From contig CAZFHY010000001.1 of the NCBI GenBank assembly GCA_964519305.1, forward strand, positions 32,001 through 96,000: DNA of 64,000 bases, read 5' to 3'. Below the pieces are notes generated by a model. The model did not search any database, had not been told where the DNA came from, and was given only the letters and a program-made list of their open reading frames with translations. Origin of the DNA: Candidatus Undinarchaeota archaeon (lineage in GTDB: Archaea > SpSt-1190 > JASMDC01). Below are positions 43,910-54,211 of this stretch, one piece after another (positions within the stretch are counted from its first letter, which is position 1; each line of letters starts with the position of its first letter). The position numbers were made by a program, and so were the translations under genes.

Positions 43910-46033
43910 GTGGCGACCGTCGAGCTCCTGGCACCGGCCTCCGACCTGGACACGGTCGGTCTTGCCGTGGACGCCGGAGCGGACGCTGTCTACGTGGGCA
44001 CCGAAAGGTTCAACGCACGCCAGCGAGCATCGCGGTTGGATCTGCCTGGCCTGCGTCGCGCCATCGCCCTCTGCCATGACTCCGATGTGCGCGTCCACGT
44101 GCCCGTGAACACCTTGATCCGTGACACCGAGCTCGGGAAGGCCATGGAGCTGTGCGGCGAGCTGTATGCTGCAGGGGCTGATGCCCTCATCCTCCAGGAC
44201 CTGGGACTGGCGTCACTTGCGCGCGAGATCGTCTCGGAAGGATGCGAGCTGCACGCATCCACCCAGTGCAACATCCAGTCAACGGCCACTGCCTGTGAGC
44301 TGGCCGGTCGCGGGTTCACCCGCGCCATCCTTGCCCGGGAGCTGCCACTGGAGGATGTACGGACAATTATCCGTGATGCTGCTCCCTTGGGCATCGAGCT
44401 TTTCGCCCACGGAGCCCTGTGCTTCTCCTACTCGGGGCTCTGCCAGACGTCCGGATTCATCGGGAAGCGTTCGGGAAACCGCGGTCTGTGCGCCCAGCCG
44501 TGCCGGTTCGATTATCAGGTCGTGGGGGCCGGGAGGTCCAGGGGACCCATGCCGTTGTCCATGCGTGAGCTGAGGACCACCGACCGATTGGGAGAGATCC
44601 TCGCCGCTGGCCCCCGTGCCCTTAAGATCGAGGGGCGGAGCAGGAGCGGGGCTTACATCCACACGGCCACCCGCTTGTACCGTCAGCTCATCGACCGGTT
44701 CAACGAGACCGGGATCGCACGCCCGACAAAGGACGAACTGCGGGAGCTTTCGGTGGTGTTCACCAGAGGATTCACCAAGGGCCGTCTCCTCGGTGACGGG
44801 AACCGCAAGTTATTGGCCCCCGACCGCGGCATCAGCTGCGGGCTCCCTGTTGGACATGTCGTGTCAGTGGACGGGCGGGCGAGGACGGCCACGGTCCGCT
44901 TCACACAAGAAGTGCACGTGGGCGATACGCTCTCCGTGCACGAGCCAAGAGGCCGCCTCCTCGTTCGCCACACCATTGTCCGGAAGGCCCGGGCGGGGGA
45001 CGCTCAGCGGATCCCGTTAAAAGGTCGTCCGCAAGGCCTCATGGGGAAGGAGGTGTTCGTATCATCGACCCCGAGCATCGACAAGGCCCTCGAGGTCGCT
45101 ATGAAGCGTGGAAGGGCGGACCTTTCTTGCGAACCGTCACTGGAGCGGGAGGGGCGACCGCTACCGCGTATTAAGCTCCCTGCAAAGAAACGTGTTGCTG
45201 GAAAGGATGGGCCCCCCCTGCTACGTGCCCATCTCCCCTGGGGAACATCACCCAAGGACCATCTGGCAGCGGGTGTCGACCAGGTCATAGTCCAGGTCCC
45301 GCCACGGGCCGACGATATGCCTGACGCCTGGCTCTCGGACCGTGTCATCCTGTGGTTCCCACCCTATCTGGGCGATGCACATCGTCTTCTTGTGGAGGGG
45401 GCCGTTGACGTATATCGCAACGTCGTGAACGGTTTCATGGCAGGCGATCGGGGCACCCTTTCCCTGCTCTCTAAGCTCCTTGCGGACGAGCCCGGGAAAG
45501 TGCTAGGTGACCACTGGCTCAATGTATTCAATGCTCACGCGCTCAAGAGCGTTACCCGGTATTCACCAAGGATCTGTCTCTCCCAGGAGCTCACCCTAAA
45601 CCAGGTAGGGTTCATCACCTCCCGCAGTCCCCCGAATGTCACGGAGCTCGAGGTCGTGGCGGGAGGCAACCAGCAGGTGATGGTCACGGCCAACTGCGTG
45701 CGGGACGGGGTCGTGGGGGATTGTATACATGACCAGGGTCATTGCCACAGGACCTACGAACTGGAGGACCGCACGGGTCACAGGTTCCCTGCACGCACGG
45801 ACCCGTACTGTCGCACCCATATCTTCAACGCCAATCCCTTAGTAGCTCATGACCGCATCGACGCGTTCAGTGACGCAGGCGTCGATGTCCTTCGGCTCGA
45901 CCTGCGCGGTATGTGGCGAAAGGACGGTATCAATCTCCTAACAGCGTACCGTAAGGTGCTGGATGGCGGACATGTGCCTCCGCCGAGGCCCAACACCTTC
46001 ACGCGAGGCCACCTGTTCAAACCGGTGCAGTAG
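43910..46033 (+). CDS. Peptidase U32 family protein (RlhA/TrhP-like RNA hydroxylation protein)
   Basis: ELLAPA, GADAVYVG, LHASTQ, LAREL, HGALCFSYSGLC, RSGNRGLCAQPCR, LKIEGR; C-terminal TRGHLF. Confidence 0.88.
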   Translation: MATVELLAPASDLDTVGLAVDAGADAVYVGTERFNARQRASRLDLPGLRRAIALCHDSDVRVHVPVNTLIRDTELGKAMELCGELYAAGADALILQDLGLASLAREIVSEGCELHASTQCNIQSTATACELAGRGFTRAILARELPLEDVRTIIRDAAPLGIELFAHGALCFSYSGLCQTSGFIGKRSGNRGLCAQPCRFDYQVVGAGRSRGPMPLSMRELRTTDRLGEILAAGPRALKIEGRSRSGAYIHTATRLYRQLIDRFNETGIARPTKDELRELSVVFTRGFTKGRLLGDGNRKLLAPDRGISCGLPVGHVVSVDGRARTATVRFTQEVHVGDTLSVHEPRGRLLVRHTIVRKARAGDAQRIPLKGRPQGLMGKEVFVSSTPSIDKALEVAMKRGRADLSCEPSLEREGRPLPRIKLPAKKRVAGKDGPPLLRAHLPWGTSPKDHLAAGVDQVIVQVPPRADDMPDAWLSDRVILWFPPYLGDAHRLLVEGAVDVYRNVVNGFMAGDRGTLSLLSKLLADEPGKVLGDHWLNVFNAHALKSVTRYSPRICLSQELTLNQVGFITSRSPPNVTELEVVAGGNQQVMVTANCVRDGVVGDCIHDQGHCHRTYELEDRTGHRFPARTDPYCRTHIFNANPLVAHDRIDAFSDAGVDVLRLDLRGMWRKDGINLLTAYRKVLDGGHVPPPRPNTFTRGHLFKPVQ

Positions 46034-46070
46034 GACCTGCCGTGCCTTTAAATAGGGTGATGGGGATAGA

Positions 46071-46385
46071 ATGCCCATGGAGCAACCCGCCGTCTTCCAC
46101 AAGCACTACGGTTCAGGTTATGGCCTGAACTGGGAAGAGCTGGAAGAGGTGGTGCTGGATGCCCGCACCATGCAGCTGAAGCGACTGCGGTTCACGAACG
46201 GTGTGGAATGGGGTGGAGGCGCGTTCCGCGAAGGTGACACCTACGAGATGGGGAAGGCCTTGGGCGAGCTCACCCATTCGGCGGCCGATATGATGGTGCT
46301 CGCACGCATCCTCGCCCAGCGTCTCGACGCGATCGAGGACTTTCTTGCCCTCTGGGGAATCGACGGTGAACCAAAAGAGATTTAA
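46071..46385 (+). CDS. Hypothetical protein
   Basis: ORF about 25 nt after TTTAAATA; host-like codon usage. Confidence 0.6.
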   Translation: MPMEQPAVFHKHYGSGYGLNWEELEEVVLDARTMQLKRLRFTNGVEWGGGAFREGDTYEMGKALGELTHSAADMMVLARILAQRLDAIEDFLALWGIDGEPKEI

Positions 46386-46440
46386 GGCACGAGTACCTTG
46401 GAATTATGGGAAATAAGCTACCCGATAGGGGAGTGGGACC

Positions 46441-46599
46441 ATGGACGATGAACCAGTCGATTCAGGGCTGAGTAGCGAAGACGACGAGGCGAACATCACC
46501 ACGTTCCAGCTCGAGGACATGGTTTGGGATATGGAAAAGGAACGGTTGGAAAAAGCCAAACAGGCCGCACCTGCCGAAGAAGACGACGATTTGTTCTGA
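46441..46599 (+). CDS. 52-aa acidic small protein MDDEPVDSGLSSEDDEANITTFQLEDMVWDMEKERLEKAKQAAPAEEDDDLF
   Basis: Hand-translated; purine-rich RBS ggggagtggg upstream; fills an intergenic gap. Confidence 0.6.
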   Translation: MDDEPVDSGLSSEDDEANITTFQLEDMVWDMEKERLEKAKQAAPAEEDDDLF

Positions 46600-46663
46600 T
46601 ATCGAGCAACCTTCTGCGAGATCCATCGGAAGGGAAGGCGACACTCAGAGTCAATCCTAGGTT

Positions 46664-47671
46664 TCAGCGGGCGAACAGAGCGTCGAGCTTCATGAGAAGA
46701 ACCTCTACATCGTTCTCCTCCAAGTGAGGCTCCTTGCAGATGCTGAGTATCTCCTTCACGAACACCGATACGTCCACGGTTTCTCCTTGCATGGCCCTAT
46801 GAAAGGCGGTGTTCATCTCCCGCTCGATGAGCACAGCTGTCTCGTGATGTGAAGCGACCAGAGAGAATAACAGCGTCTTGCGCGCTTCCACGTAGAACGT
46901 CCGCACGCGCTCGGCCTTCCCCCCCACGAAGTACCCATCGTGGCGGGCCAGGATGGATATGTCCCGCCCTTCGATATGTCCGAACTCGCCGAACAGGACC
47001 CAGACAACCAGGAGGAAGAGCTTGCGCAGTACGCCCTCTCCGGCCATCCACTTCTCGGTGGTCTCGCACACCAGCACCTCTTCCCGGTACCGGCGCATGA
47101 TGGACGCGATCTCGTCCGTGGCGGCAGGAAGATCGTCCACGTCGCCGGGGATCTCCTCGTACCCGAAAGCGACCTCCTTCCCCTCGAACTCGCGCATGGA
47201 GTGTGTGAGGGCCGCCAGCACCAGGAAGAGCTTGGCGACGAACCAGATGAGCACGGCACCCATCCCCCGCAGGATGTAAAGGGGGAGACGGACGAGCACG
47301 AAGGGCACCCCTGCATCCTTTGCGGTGAGCACCACGCACCGGAGCGCTCCCGCGGTGTTATGGGGGACGAACAGTTTCTTCTCCCCGGCATAGGCCACAG
47401 CGGACTTCACCGTCCCCAGAAGGAGAGGAATGAACAGGAGGATGGCCTGCTTGACGATGATGTCAGCGGCGATGATGGGGCGAAGGATGCGGGCCCCGGG
47501 GATCATGATGATGAGCCCCTGCATCACGGCCTCGGCGGACACCCAGTAAGTGACGGTGAACAGGAGGATCCACAGTACGGCAAGCGTGAAGTTGAGCCTG
47601 CTCACCGGCGACGAACGGATCTCGCGCTCCAGCGCCTGAGCGTAGAGCCGGACGAGTGTGTGGAGCTCCAT
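46664..47671 (-). CDS. Hypothetical membrane protein
   Basis: Several TM segments; RBS AGGAG; follows pyrG. Confidence 0.65.
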   Translation of the reverse strand: MELHTLVRLYAQALEREIRSSPVSRLNFTLAVLWILLFTVTYWVSAEAVMQGLIIMIPGARILRPIIAADIIVKQAILLFIPLLLGTVKSAVAYAGEKKLFVPHNTAGALRCVVLTAKDAGVPFVLVRLPLYILRGMGAVLIWFVAKLFLVLAALTHSMREFEGKEVAFGYEEIPGDVDDLPAATDEIASIMRRYREEVLVCETTEKWMAGEGVLRKLFLLVVWVLFGEFGHIEGRDISILARHDGYFVGGKAERVRTFYVEARKTLLFSLVASHHETAVLIEREMNTAFHRAMQGETVDVSVFVKEILSICKEPHLEENDVEVLLMKLDALFAR

Positions 47672-47678
47672 GTACTCC

Positions 47679-49322
47679 TTATTCCTTGACTTTCTTTCCT
47701 TTTAAGCGTGTGCGGGCCCGTTCGGCCGCGGCCTTCAGGAAACCAAGGAATAGGGGTGCGGGGCGCTCTAACCTGGACTTGAACTCGGGGTGCGCCTGGG
47801 TCGCCACGAAGAAGGGGTGGCCAGGTAGTTCCAGGAACTCCATGAGCTTGCCGTCCGGTGAACGTCCGGAGAAGACCAGACCCGCCTTCTCGAGCTGCTC
47901 CACGTACGCGGAATTCACCTCGTACCGGTGCCTGTGCCTCTCGTCAACTATCTCGGCGCCTCCGTAGAGGGTCCGCACCTGAGTACCGGGCGCTAGCGTC
48001 GCCGGGTAGCTTCCCAGCCGCATGGTGCCACCCATCTCCTGTAGGTCACGCTGGTCCGGTAGCAGGTCGATCACTGGGTGCTTCGTATCCGCGTCGTTCT
48101 CGGTAGAGTTGGCATGCTCCAGACCGCACACACTGCGCGCGTACTCGGCCACCGCCAGCTGGAAACCGAAGCACAGGCCGAGGAACGGTATGCCGTTCTC
48201 CCGGGCGTGGCCGATGGCAGCGATCTTGCCCTCGGTCCCCCGGGACCCGAACCCACCAGGAACGATTACACCATCCACACCTTCCAGTGCCGCACCGTCG
48301 GCCATATCGGTGGTCTCGAGCCAGGCCAGGTCCAGATCGACGCCCAGGTGAGCAGCAGCATGTGTCATCGACTCGTAGATTGAGAGATAGGAATCGCGCA
48401 GGCTGGTGTACTTCCCGGTCACGGCGACCTTGACCGTGAGCTTCTCCGGCGACTTGATCGTCTTCACGTACTTCTTCCAGGGACCGTACACTGGATTGGG
48501 CGAGAACGCCCCCAGCCGGGCGCACAGGGAGTTGGGAAGCCCCTCTTCCTCGAACACGAACGGGAGCTCGTATATGGTGCCCACGTCAGGGTCCGATATC
48601 ACTGCATCTTCGGGGACGTTACAGAATAGGGCCACCTTCTTCTTAACGGCCGGGTCCAGTGGCCTCCGCGAGCGACAGATGATGGCATCGGGCTGTATCC
48701 CTGCGCCCATTAGCGTGTGGACGCTATGCTGGACCGGTTTTGTCTTCTGCTCGCCCACTACCGACAGCTCCGGGGTCAGTGCTAATAGCACGAAGGCGAC
48801 GTTCTCCCGCCCTTTTTCACGCTGGAGCTGGCGCACGGCCTCCAGGAACGGCATGCTCTCGATATCGCCCACGGTACCTCCCACCTCGATCAGGGTGATA
48901 TCGGCGTCGTCCCGTTCCGCGATCTTCGAGATGCGCTCCTTGATCATGTCCGTGATATGTGGTATGATCTGGACGGTCTTTCCCAGGTAGTCGCCCCGCC
49001 GCTCTTTTGCTATGACCTCCCGGTAGACCTTTCCGGTTGTTATGTTGTGTTCGCGTGTTAGTGTGATGTCCAGAAAGCGCTCGTAGTTGCCAAGGTCCTG
49101 GTCGACCTCGCTCCCGTCATCGAGCACGAACACCTCACCATGCTCGTAGGGCGAGAAGAGCCCTGCATCGATGTTGATGTACGGATCGATCTTCAGTGCA
49201 GTGACACGGTACTGACGTGCTGCGAACGTCCGGGCAAGCGATGAGGTGACCCCTCCCTTGCCTAGACCGCTCATCACTCCACCAAGAACTACGATGAACT
49301 TACGAACACGCGGAGGTGGCAT
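47679..49322 (-). CDS. pyrG: CTP synthase
   Basis: GGVMSGLGKG, KIDPYIN.D.G..SPYEHGEVFV, KTKPVQHSV, GLCFG, RHRHRYEVN, QAHPEF. Confidence 0.97.
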   Translation of the reverse strand: MPPPRVRKFIVVLGGVMSGLGKGGVTSSLARTFAARQYRVTALKIDPYINIDAGLFSPYEHGEVFVLDDGSEVDQDLGNYERFLDITLTREHNITTGKVYREVIAKERRGDYLGKTVQIIPHITDMIKERISKIAERDDADITLIEVGGTVGDIESMPFLEAVRQLQREKGRENVAFVLLALTPELSVVGEQKTKPVQHSVHTLMGAGIQPDAIICRSRRPLDPAVKKKVALFCNVPEDAVISDPDVGTIYELPFVFEEEGLPNSLCARLGAFSPNPVYGPWKKYVKTIKSPEKLTVKVAVTGKYTSLRDSYLSIYESMTHAAAHLGVDLDLAWLETTDMADGAALEGVDGVIVPGGFGSRGTEGKIAAIGHARENGIPFLGLCFGFQLAVAEYARSVCGLEHANSTENDADTKHPVIDLLPDQRDLQEMGGTMRLGSYPATLAPGTQVRTLYGGAEIVDERHRHRYEVNSAYVEQLEKAGLVFSGRSPDGKLMEFLELPGHPFFVATQAHPEFKSRLERPAPLFLGFLKAAAERARTRLKGKKVKE

Positions 49323-49484
49323 ATGCGACACGATGGTGACAGGCTTAAATTTGTTGGCTTCACGGGCGAAAACATCGTAAGATGCTGCATCATGTGACGT
49401 CACCACATAGTGATGAATTAATGATTTTAAGGAATGTTTAAAAAGGCGCTCTCTTGCATACTTCGGCTGAAAGGGGTACAGGGC

Positions 49485-50150
49485 GTGAAGATTTTCGCCT
49501 TAGCAGACATCCACGGGGAGCTTGACAGGCTTGACCTGGTGTGCGAACGAGCTAAGCGTGAGAAACCCGACATGATACTCGTGGCGGGTGATCTGACGCG
49601 GTTCGGTCCACGAGAGGACGCTGAGACAGTCATTAATCGTCTCGCGGCCACTAACGCCAAGGTCCTGGCCATTCCAGGCAACGGGGATACGGAGGATGTA
49701 ACCGGCTTCCTTGACGAGGCAGGTATTAACCTCGACAAGCAGAGCCACCGCCACGGTGATGTGGGCCTTGTGGGCATGGGGATGCCCACCTCTATGGTAC
49801 TAGGCGGCATGCTGCTCACGCAGTACGCTACCCTGGACGATGCCATGGACGAAGTGATGGACTGTGATACGACCATCTTCGTGTCGCATATGCCACCCGC
49901 TGGCACCAAGACGGACATGATCTTCACGGAGGAGCACGTCGGCTCTAACTTCGTGAAGTCGTTCGCCGAGGAGAAGCAGCCCGAACTGCTCATCTGCGGG
50001 CACATCCACGAAAGCCGTGCCATCGACCACATCGGGAACACCCTCGTGGTGAACCCGGGAGCCGTGGCCGACGGGTACATCGCCGAGATCGACCTGGACG
50101 GCGAGGACGGGATAGACGTCAAGCTTCATCGTTTGGACGAAAAGGGGTAA
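49485..50150 (+). CDS. Calcineurin-like metallophosphoesterase
   Basis: ADIHG, AGDLT, PGNGD, SHMPP, CGHIHES, VNPG. Confidence 0.88.
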   Translation: MKIFALADIHGELDRLDLVCERAKREKPDMILVAGDLTRFGPREDAETVINRLAATNAKVLAIPGNGDTEDVTGFLDEAGINLDKQSHRHGDVGLVGMGMPTSMVLGGMLLTQYATLDDAMDEVMDCDTTIFVSHMPPAGTKTDMIFTEEHVGSNFVKSFAEEKQPELLICGHIHESRAIDHIGNTLVVNPGAVADGYIAEIDLDGEDGIDVKLHRLDEKG

Positions 50151-50163
50151 AGGGATCCGGGGT

Positions 50164-50221
50164 ACGTCCCATCGAGGGCGCCAGTCCGTAAGCTGGAAAG
50201 CTGGCGCTCCTATTGGGATGT
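50164..50221. terminator. Long hairpin between convergent genes
   Basis: acgtccca..gggcgccag...ctggcgctc..tgggatgt nested stems. Confidence 0.4.
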
Positions 50222-50890
50222 TCACTCATCCTCTTCGGGAGTTGGCAGACATACCCTGCTCTCCGGAGCGATGGCGCACACTGCGCGCTTCGCGGGCTCC
50301 CATGTGAGTAGGACGCTCTGCCATCCATAGCGCTTGACTACGTACCACAGACCCAGGAATATGAAGGCCGCTACTGTGACGTTCCCGAGCAGACCCTGGA
50401 TATGGTCGATGCTCTCACCGAACAGGTAGCCGAGGCCGCCCATCTCCACGGCCCACACGAGCTCACCAGCCACCACGTAGGGAAGGAAGGAGCGGCCCGC
50501 GCATCCGTACACGCCCGAGAGAAGATTGACCGGGATGATAAGTGGTGTGAGGAGGAAACGGCTTGTGAACACAACATCGGTCCGGCAGGTAGCGAATGAA
50601 CCACGTCCCTGGTCGAGGAGACGAGCAAGATGGCCTGGCTGGGTCTCGCTCAGCTTTGCCACATGCTTCCCCATGAGGTAGCCCAGACAGTCACCAAGGA
50701 CCGCACCCAGTGCCGCCGTGAAGATTACCAGCCAAATGGTCGTCTGTCCCTTCGCTGCGAGCACTCCTGCGACCATGACGAGCATCGATGTAGGAAGGGG
50801 TACCCCTGCCGAGCCGAGGAAGGTGCATATACCAAGGACCAGATGCGGATGAGCGCTCAATAATGAGATGAGCGACTCGTGTAATACCAT
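50222..50890 (-). CDS. DedA family membrane protein
   Basis: GVPLPTS, GAVLGDCLGYLMGK, SRFL. Confidence 0.85.
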   Translation of the reverse strand: MVLHESLISLLSAHPHLVLGICTFLGSAGVPLPTSMLVMVAGVLAAKGQTTIWLVIFTAALGAVLGDCLGYLMGKHVAKLSETQPGHLARLLDQGRGSFATCRTDVVFTSRFLLTPLIIPVNLLSGVYGCAGRSFLPYVVAGELVWAVEMGGLGYLFGESIDHIQGLLGNVTVAAFIFLGLWYVVKRYGWQSVLLTWEPAKRAVCAIAPESRVCLPTPEEDE

Positions 50891-50926
50891 CAGTTCATGC
50901 TCCGGGGCGCCCGATGATGTACGATC

Positions 50927-51211
50927 TTAGGCTATGTACCTGAGCTCCTCGTCGTCATTTACCTTCTTGCTCTTGCCCTTCTTGGGCGCCTTCTTCAGGA
51001 GGCCGTCCAGTGCCTTGGAGAGTTTCTCTGCGTCCTCGCGTTCCAGCAGTGCCCGGATAACGCACACACGCTTTCCCGGGGCATCCTGGAATAAACAGAG
51101 GTGGATGCCGCCCTTGCCGTCCTGAGAAAGGCACCAACTATCCGCCCGCACCTCGGGTGCGGCGAGCTGGACCTTCTTGTCGCCAAGAGGGCATCCACCC
51201 ATTTCATTCAC
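50927..51211 (-). CDS. Hypothetical small protein at the end of the por operon
   Basis: ORF with Lys-rich tail ending LRYIA; start uncertain. Confidence 0.55.
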   Translation of the reverse strand: MNEMGGCPLGDKKVQLAAPEVRADSWCLSQDGKGGIHLCLFQDAPGKRVCVIRALLEREDAEKLSKALDGLLKKAPKKGKSKKVNDDEELRYIA

Positions 51212-51224
51212 CGTCCGTCCGGGC

Positions 51225-52121
51225 TTAGAGCCCGGCCTCTGCCAGCTTCACGAGCCGGTCGTACTTGTTCTTCACGTTCTTGTCGATGAAGGCTATGTCC
51301 TTCTCATCGAGGTGCTTGAACCGGCCCTGCAGCTTCAGGTACTCGCGGATGTCCGCAGTGAGCTTCTTCGGCTGCTGGACGACGTGCTTCCCGTCCTCGA
51401 TCTCGAAGAGAGGGAACACACCGCTCTGCACCGCCAACTTGGCGATCTCGATCGTCTTGGCACCATCGCTCCGCCAGCCCGTGGGGCAGGGGGCGAGGAT
51501 GTGCACGAACGTAGCACCCTTGATCTCGAGCGCCTTCTGGACCTTCTTGAAGAGGTCCTTAGGGTGGCTGACGGACGCGGTGGCCACGTACGGCGACCCA
51601 TGGGCCGCGATTATGTGGGTCAGGTCCTTCTTCCACTCGGTCTTTCCCTTGGACTCCTTGCCCGCGGGGTGTGTCGAGGTGGAAGCACCGAAAGGCGTCG
51701 CACTTGAGCGCTGGATGCCGGTGTTCATATATGCCTCGTTGTCGTAGCACACGTACAGGACATCGTGGTTGCGCTCGAACATACCGGAGATCGGACCGAT
51801 CCCGATGTCGAACGTCGAACCGTCGCCAGCGAAGGCAACGATATTGATATCCTTCTTACGACCCTGGGCCTTGAGCGCAGCTTCGACGCCCGACGCGATG
51901 GCCGCGCTGTTCTCGAAGGCGCCGTGGATCCACGGGAGCCTCCAGGCGGTCTGAGGGTACGGGGTCGAGACGACCTCCATACAACCGGTCGACTCGACGA
52001 GCACGGTGTTGGGCCCAGCGGCCTTGGTAATGAGCCTCATGGCAGTAGCGGCACCGCAACCGGCGCACGCCCGGTGACCAGGGGCGAAGTATTCTTCTTC
52101 AGGCATTCCGAATATCATCAA
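51225..52121 (-). CDS. porB: Pyruvate:ferredoxin oxidoreductase beta subunit
   Basis: PGHRACAGCG, TGCMEV, GDG...YDNEAYMNTGIQRS TPP motif, PCPTGW. Confidence 0.93.
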   Translation of the reverse strand: MMIFGMPEEEYFAPGHRACAGCGAATAMRLITKAAGPNTVLVESTGCMEVVSTPYPQTAWRLPWIHGAFENSAAIASGVEAALKAQGRKKDINIVAFAGDGSTFDIGIGPISGMFERNHDVLYVCYDNEAYMNTGIQRSSATPFGASTSTHPAGKESKGKTEWKKDLTHIIAAHGSPYVATASVSHPKDLFKKVQKALEIKGATFVHILAPCPTGWRSDGAKTIEIAKLAVQSGVFPLFEIEDGKHVVQQPKKLTADIREYLKLQGRFKHLDEKDIAFIDKNVKNKYDRLVKLAEAGL

Positions 52122-52130
52122 TCACACCTC

Positions 52131-53282
52131 CTAGTACATCCACTCGATCTTCTTGCCCTTACCGCCCTTGAGCATCTCGTAGATGTTCTCGACATGCTCG
52201 TATTGGATATCGCGGCCGCCAAGGCCGACGATGAAGTTCCGAAGTTCGGGCTTGTGGTCTGAATCGTAATGGGCCGAGCGCACCTCGGTGAAGAGAACGC
52301 CCTCGAAACCGACAGAGATGGCCTTGTCCAGCACGGCCAGGCCCTTCAGGTCCTTCGTTGCCTCGAGCAGCTGCTCCTTGGGGAAAGGCCTGTAGACGAT
52401 CATCTTGATCAGACCGATCTTCTCGCCCTTCTTACGGAGCTTGTCCACGATGACCTTGAGGGTCCCGCATTCGGAGCCGATACCCAGGAAGGCGTACTCG
52501 GCGTCGTCCATCTGGTAGAGCTCAAGGAAGTCGTATGTCCTGCCGAACTTGTCGGCGAACTCCTTGAAGGCCTCCGTCAAGACACCGAACGAGTTCAACA
52601 TGGCCTCGTTCTGCACGTTCCTCAGTTCCATGTAGTGGGAGGGGAACGCGATCGGTCCCTGGGTCACGGGCTTTGCCGGGTCCACGTAGGCGTGGAGCGG
52701 CTTGAAGGGCGGGATGAAAGCATCCACCGTCTTCTGGTCGGGGACGTCCACGGGCTCGAACACGTGCGACAGGGTGAACCCGTCCAGGCACACGAGCGCG
52801 GGAGTGAGGACCTTGTGGTCCTCGGCCACCTTGTAAGCGAGCAGGGTCAGGTCCAGGCACTCCTGGGCGGTCTCGCAGTGGAACTGGAGCCAGCCGATGT
52901 CACGAGCGCTCATGGAATCCTGATGATCGTTCCAGATGCTGATGGGTGCCGACAGTGCCCGGTTGGCCACGTTCATCACGCAGGGGAGCCGCATGCCCGA
53001 TGCCACGAATAGCATCTCGTTCATGAGGGCGAGCCCCTGGGATGCGGTGGACGAGTAGGTGCGCGAGCCAGCAGCGGCCGCGCCGACCAGCGCCGAGATG
53101 GCGCCGAACTCGGATTCCACCCGGATGTACTCTGTCTTCAGATCCCCATCGGCCACCATCTCGGAGATTCGTTCCACGATGTGGGTCTGGGGAGTGATGG
53201 GGTAAGCAGCAACCACATCAGGTTTGATGAGCTTCACGGCCTCGGACGCAGCGTGAGAGGCCTCCATGACTGCCTTTACCAT
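52131..53282 (-). CDS. porA: Pyruvate:ferredoxin oxidoreductase alpha subunit
   Basis: AYPITPQT, VESEF, TASQGL, NRALSAPISIWNDH, GLGGRD. Confidence 0.93.
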   Translation of the reverse strand: MVKAVMEASHAASEAVKLIKPDVVAAYPITPQTHIVERISEMVADGDLKTEYIRVESEFGAISALVGAAAAGSRTYSSTASQGLALMNEMLFVASGMRLPCVMNVANRALSAPISIWNDHQDSMSARDIGWLQFHCETAQECLDLTLLAYKVAEDHKVLTPALVCLDGFTLSHVFEPVDVPDQKTVDAFIPPFKPLHAYVDPAKPVTQGPIAFPSHYMELRNVQNEAMLNSFGVLTEAFKEFADKFGRTYDFLELYQMDDAEYAFLGIGSECGTLKVIVDKLRKKGEKIGLIKMIVYRPFPKEQLLEATKDLKGLAVLDKAISVGFEGVLFTEVRSAHYDSDHKPELRNFIVGLGGRDIQYEHVENIYEMLKGGKGKKIEWMY

Positions 53283-53546
53283 CTACTTCTCCTCCATTAC
53301 CATCTTGATGCACTTCTTGGGGCACTCGTTGGCGCAGATGCCGCACCCCTTGCAGTAGTCGTAGTCGATGATGGACTTCTTTTCCTTGTACGAGATGCTG
53401 CCCTCGGGACAGTACACCCAGCAGGTGCCGCACCCGATGCAGTCATCCTTGTTCACGATGGGCTTGATGGCACGCCATGCGCCGGTCTTGTACTTGATGG
53501 TTGAGCCCGGGTCAGTGATCGTTGCAGCAAGCGTCAGGTCGACCAT
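53283..53546 (-). CDS. porD: Pyruvate:ferredoxin oxidoreductase delta subunit
   Basis: [36 protein letters not shown]. Confidence 0.93.
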   Translation of the reverse strand: MVDLTLAATITDPGSTIKYKTGAWRAIKPIVNKDDCIGCGTCWVYCPEGSISYKEKKSIIDYDYCKGCGICANECPKKCIKMVMEEK

Positions 53547-53547
53547 T

Positions 53548-54093
53548 TCACATCCTCTCCTTAGCTTCGTCGAACACGCGCTCGACGAGCGTCTTGTTCT
53601 TCTCGCCGATCTTACCGCCGAAGAACTCGGGGATGGCCTCGACGAGAGCGCCCTTGCTGACCTCGCCGGTGAATGCGGCGAAGGCACCGAGCATGGCGGT
53701 GTTGACTATGTCCCGACCAAGTACATCGAAAGCGGCCTTGGTCGCGTTCACCGTGCGCACCTTGAAGTCATCCAGTCCGAAGTCACTGGGTTCGCGCTCG
53801 GTGTTGATGATTATCATACCACCCTTCTTGAGCCCGGCGGTGACATCGATAACCTCGATGAGCGTGGGGTCGAGGACGACGACAACATCAGGGTCATAGA
53901 CCTGGGTCCGTGTGCGGATGAACTCATCCTTGTCGATTCGCACGAAAGCCTGGACAGGCGCGCCACGCCTTTCTACGCCGAACATCGGGAAGGACTGGGT
54001 GTAACCCCCGTCCGAGAACCCGGCGACAGCGAGGATCTGGGCGGCTGTGACCGCGCCCTGGCCTCCGCGACCGTGGAAGCGAATTTCCTGCAT
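53548..54093 (-). CDS. porG: Pyruvate:ferredoxin oxidoreductase gamma subunit
   Basis: [34 protein letters not shown]. Confidence 0.93.
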   Translation of the reverse strand: MQEIRFHGRGGQGAVTAAQILAVAGFSDGGYTQSFPMFGVERRGAPVQAFVRIDKDEFIRTRTQVYDPDVVVVLDPTLIEVIDVTAGLKKGGMIIINTEREPSDFGLDDFKVRTVNATKAAFDVLGRDIVNTAMLGAFAAFTGEVSKGALVEAIPEFFGGKIGEKNKTLVERVFDEAKERM

Positions 54094-54211
54094 ATTAGCA
54101 CCTGTTACGGCGTCAAGGGGATTGGATATATAAATCTGCCGGAGCCACCGGACAGAGCATTATAATAATAATGTGTCTATTAATGTTTACAGCGGTCCTG
54201 ATAAGGCTCGC

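Noticed and set aside
49381-49403. Short palindromes gatgc-t-gcatc and gtgacgtcac between pyrG and the phosphoesterase
   Set aside because: Could be operators but are short enough to occur by chance; no second copy noticed.
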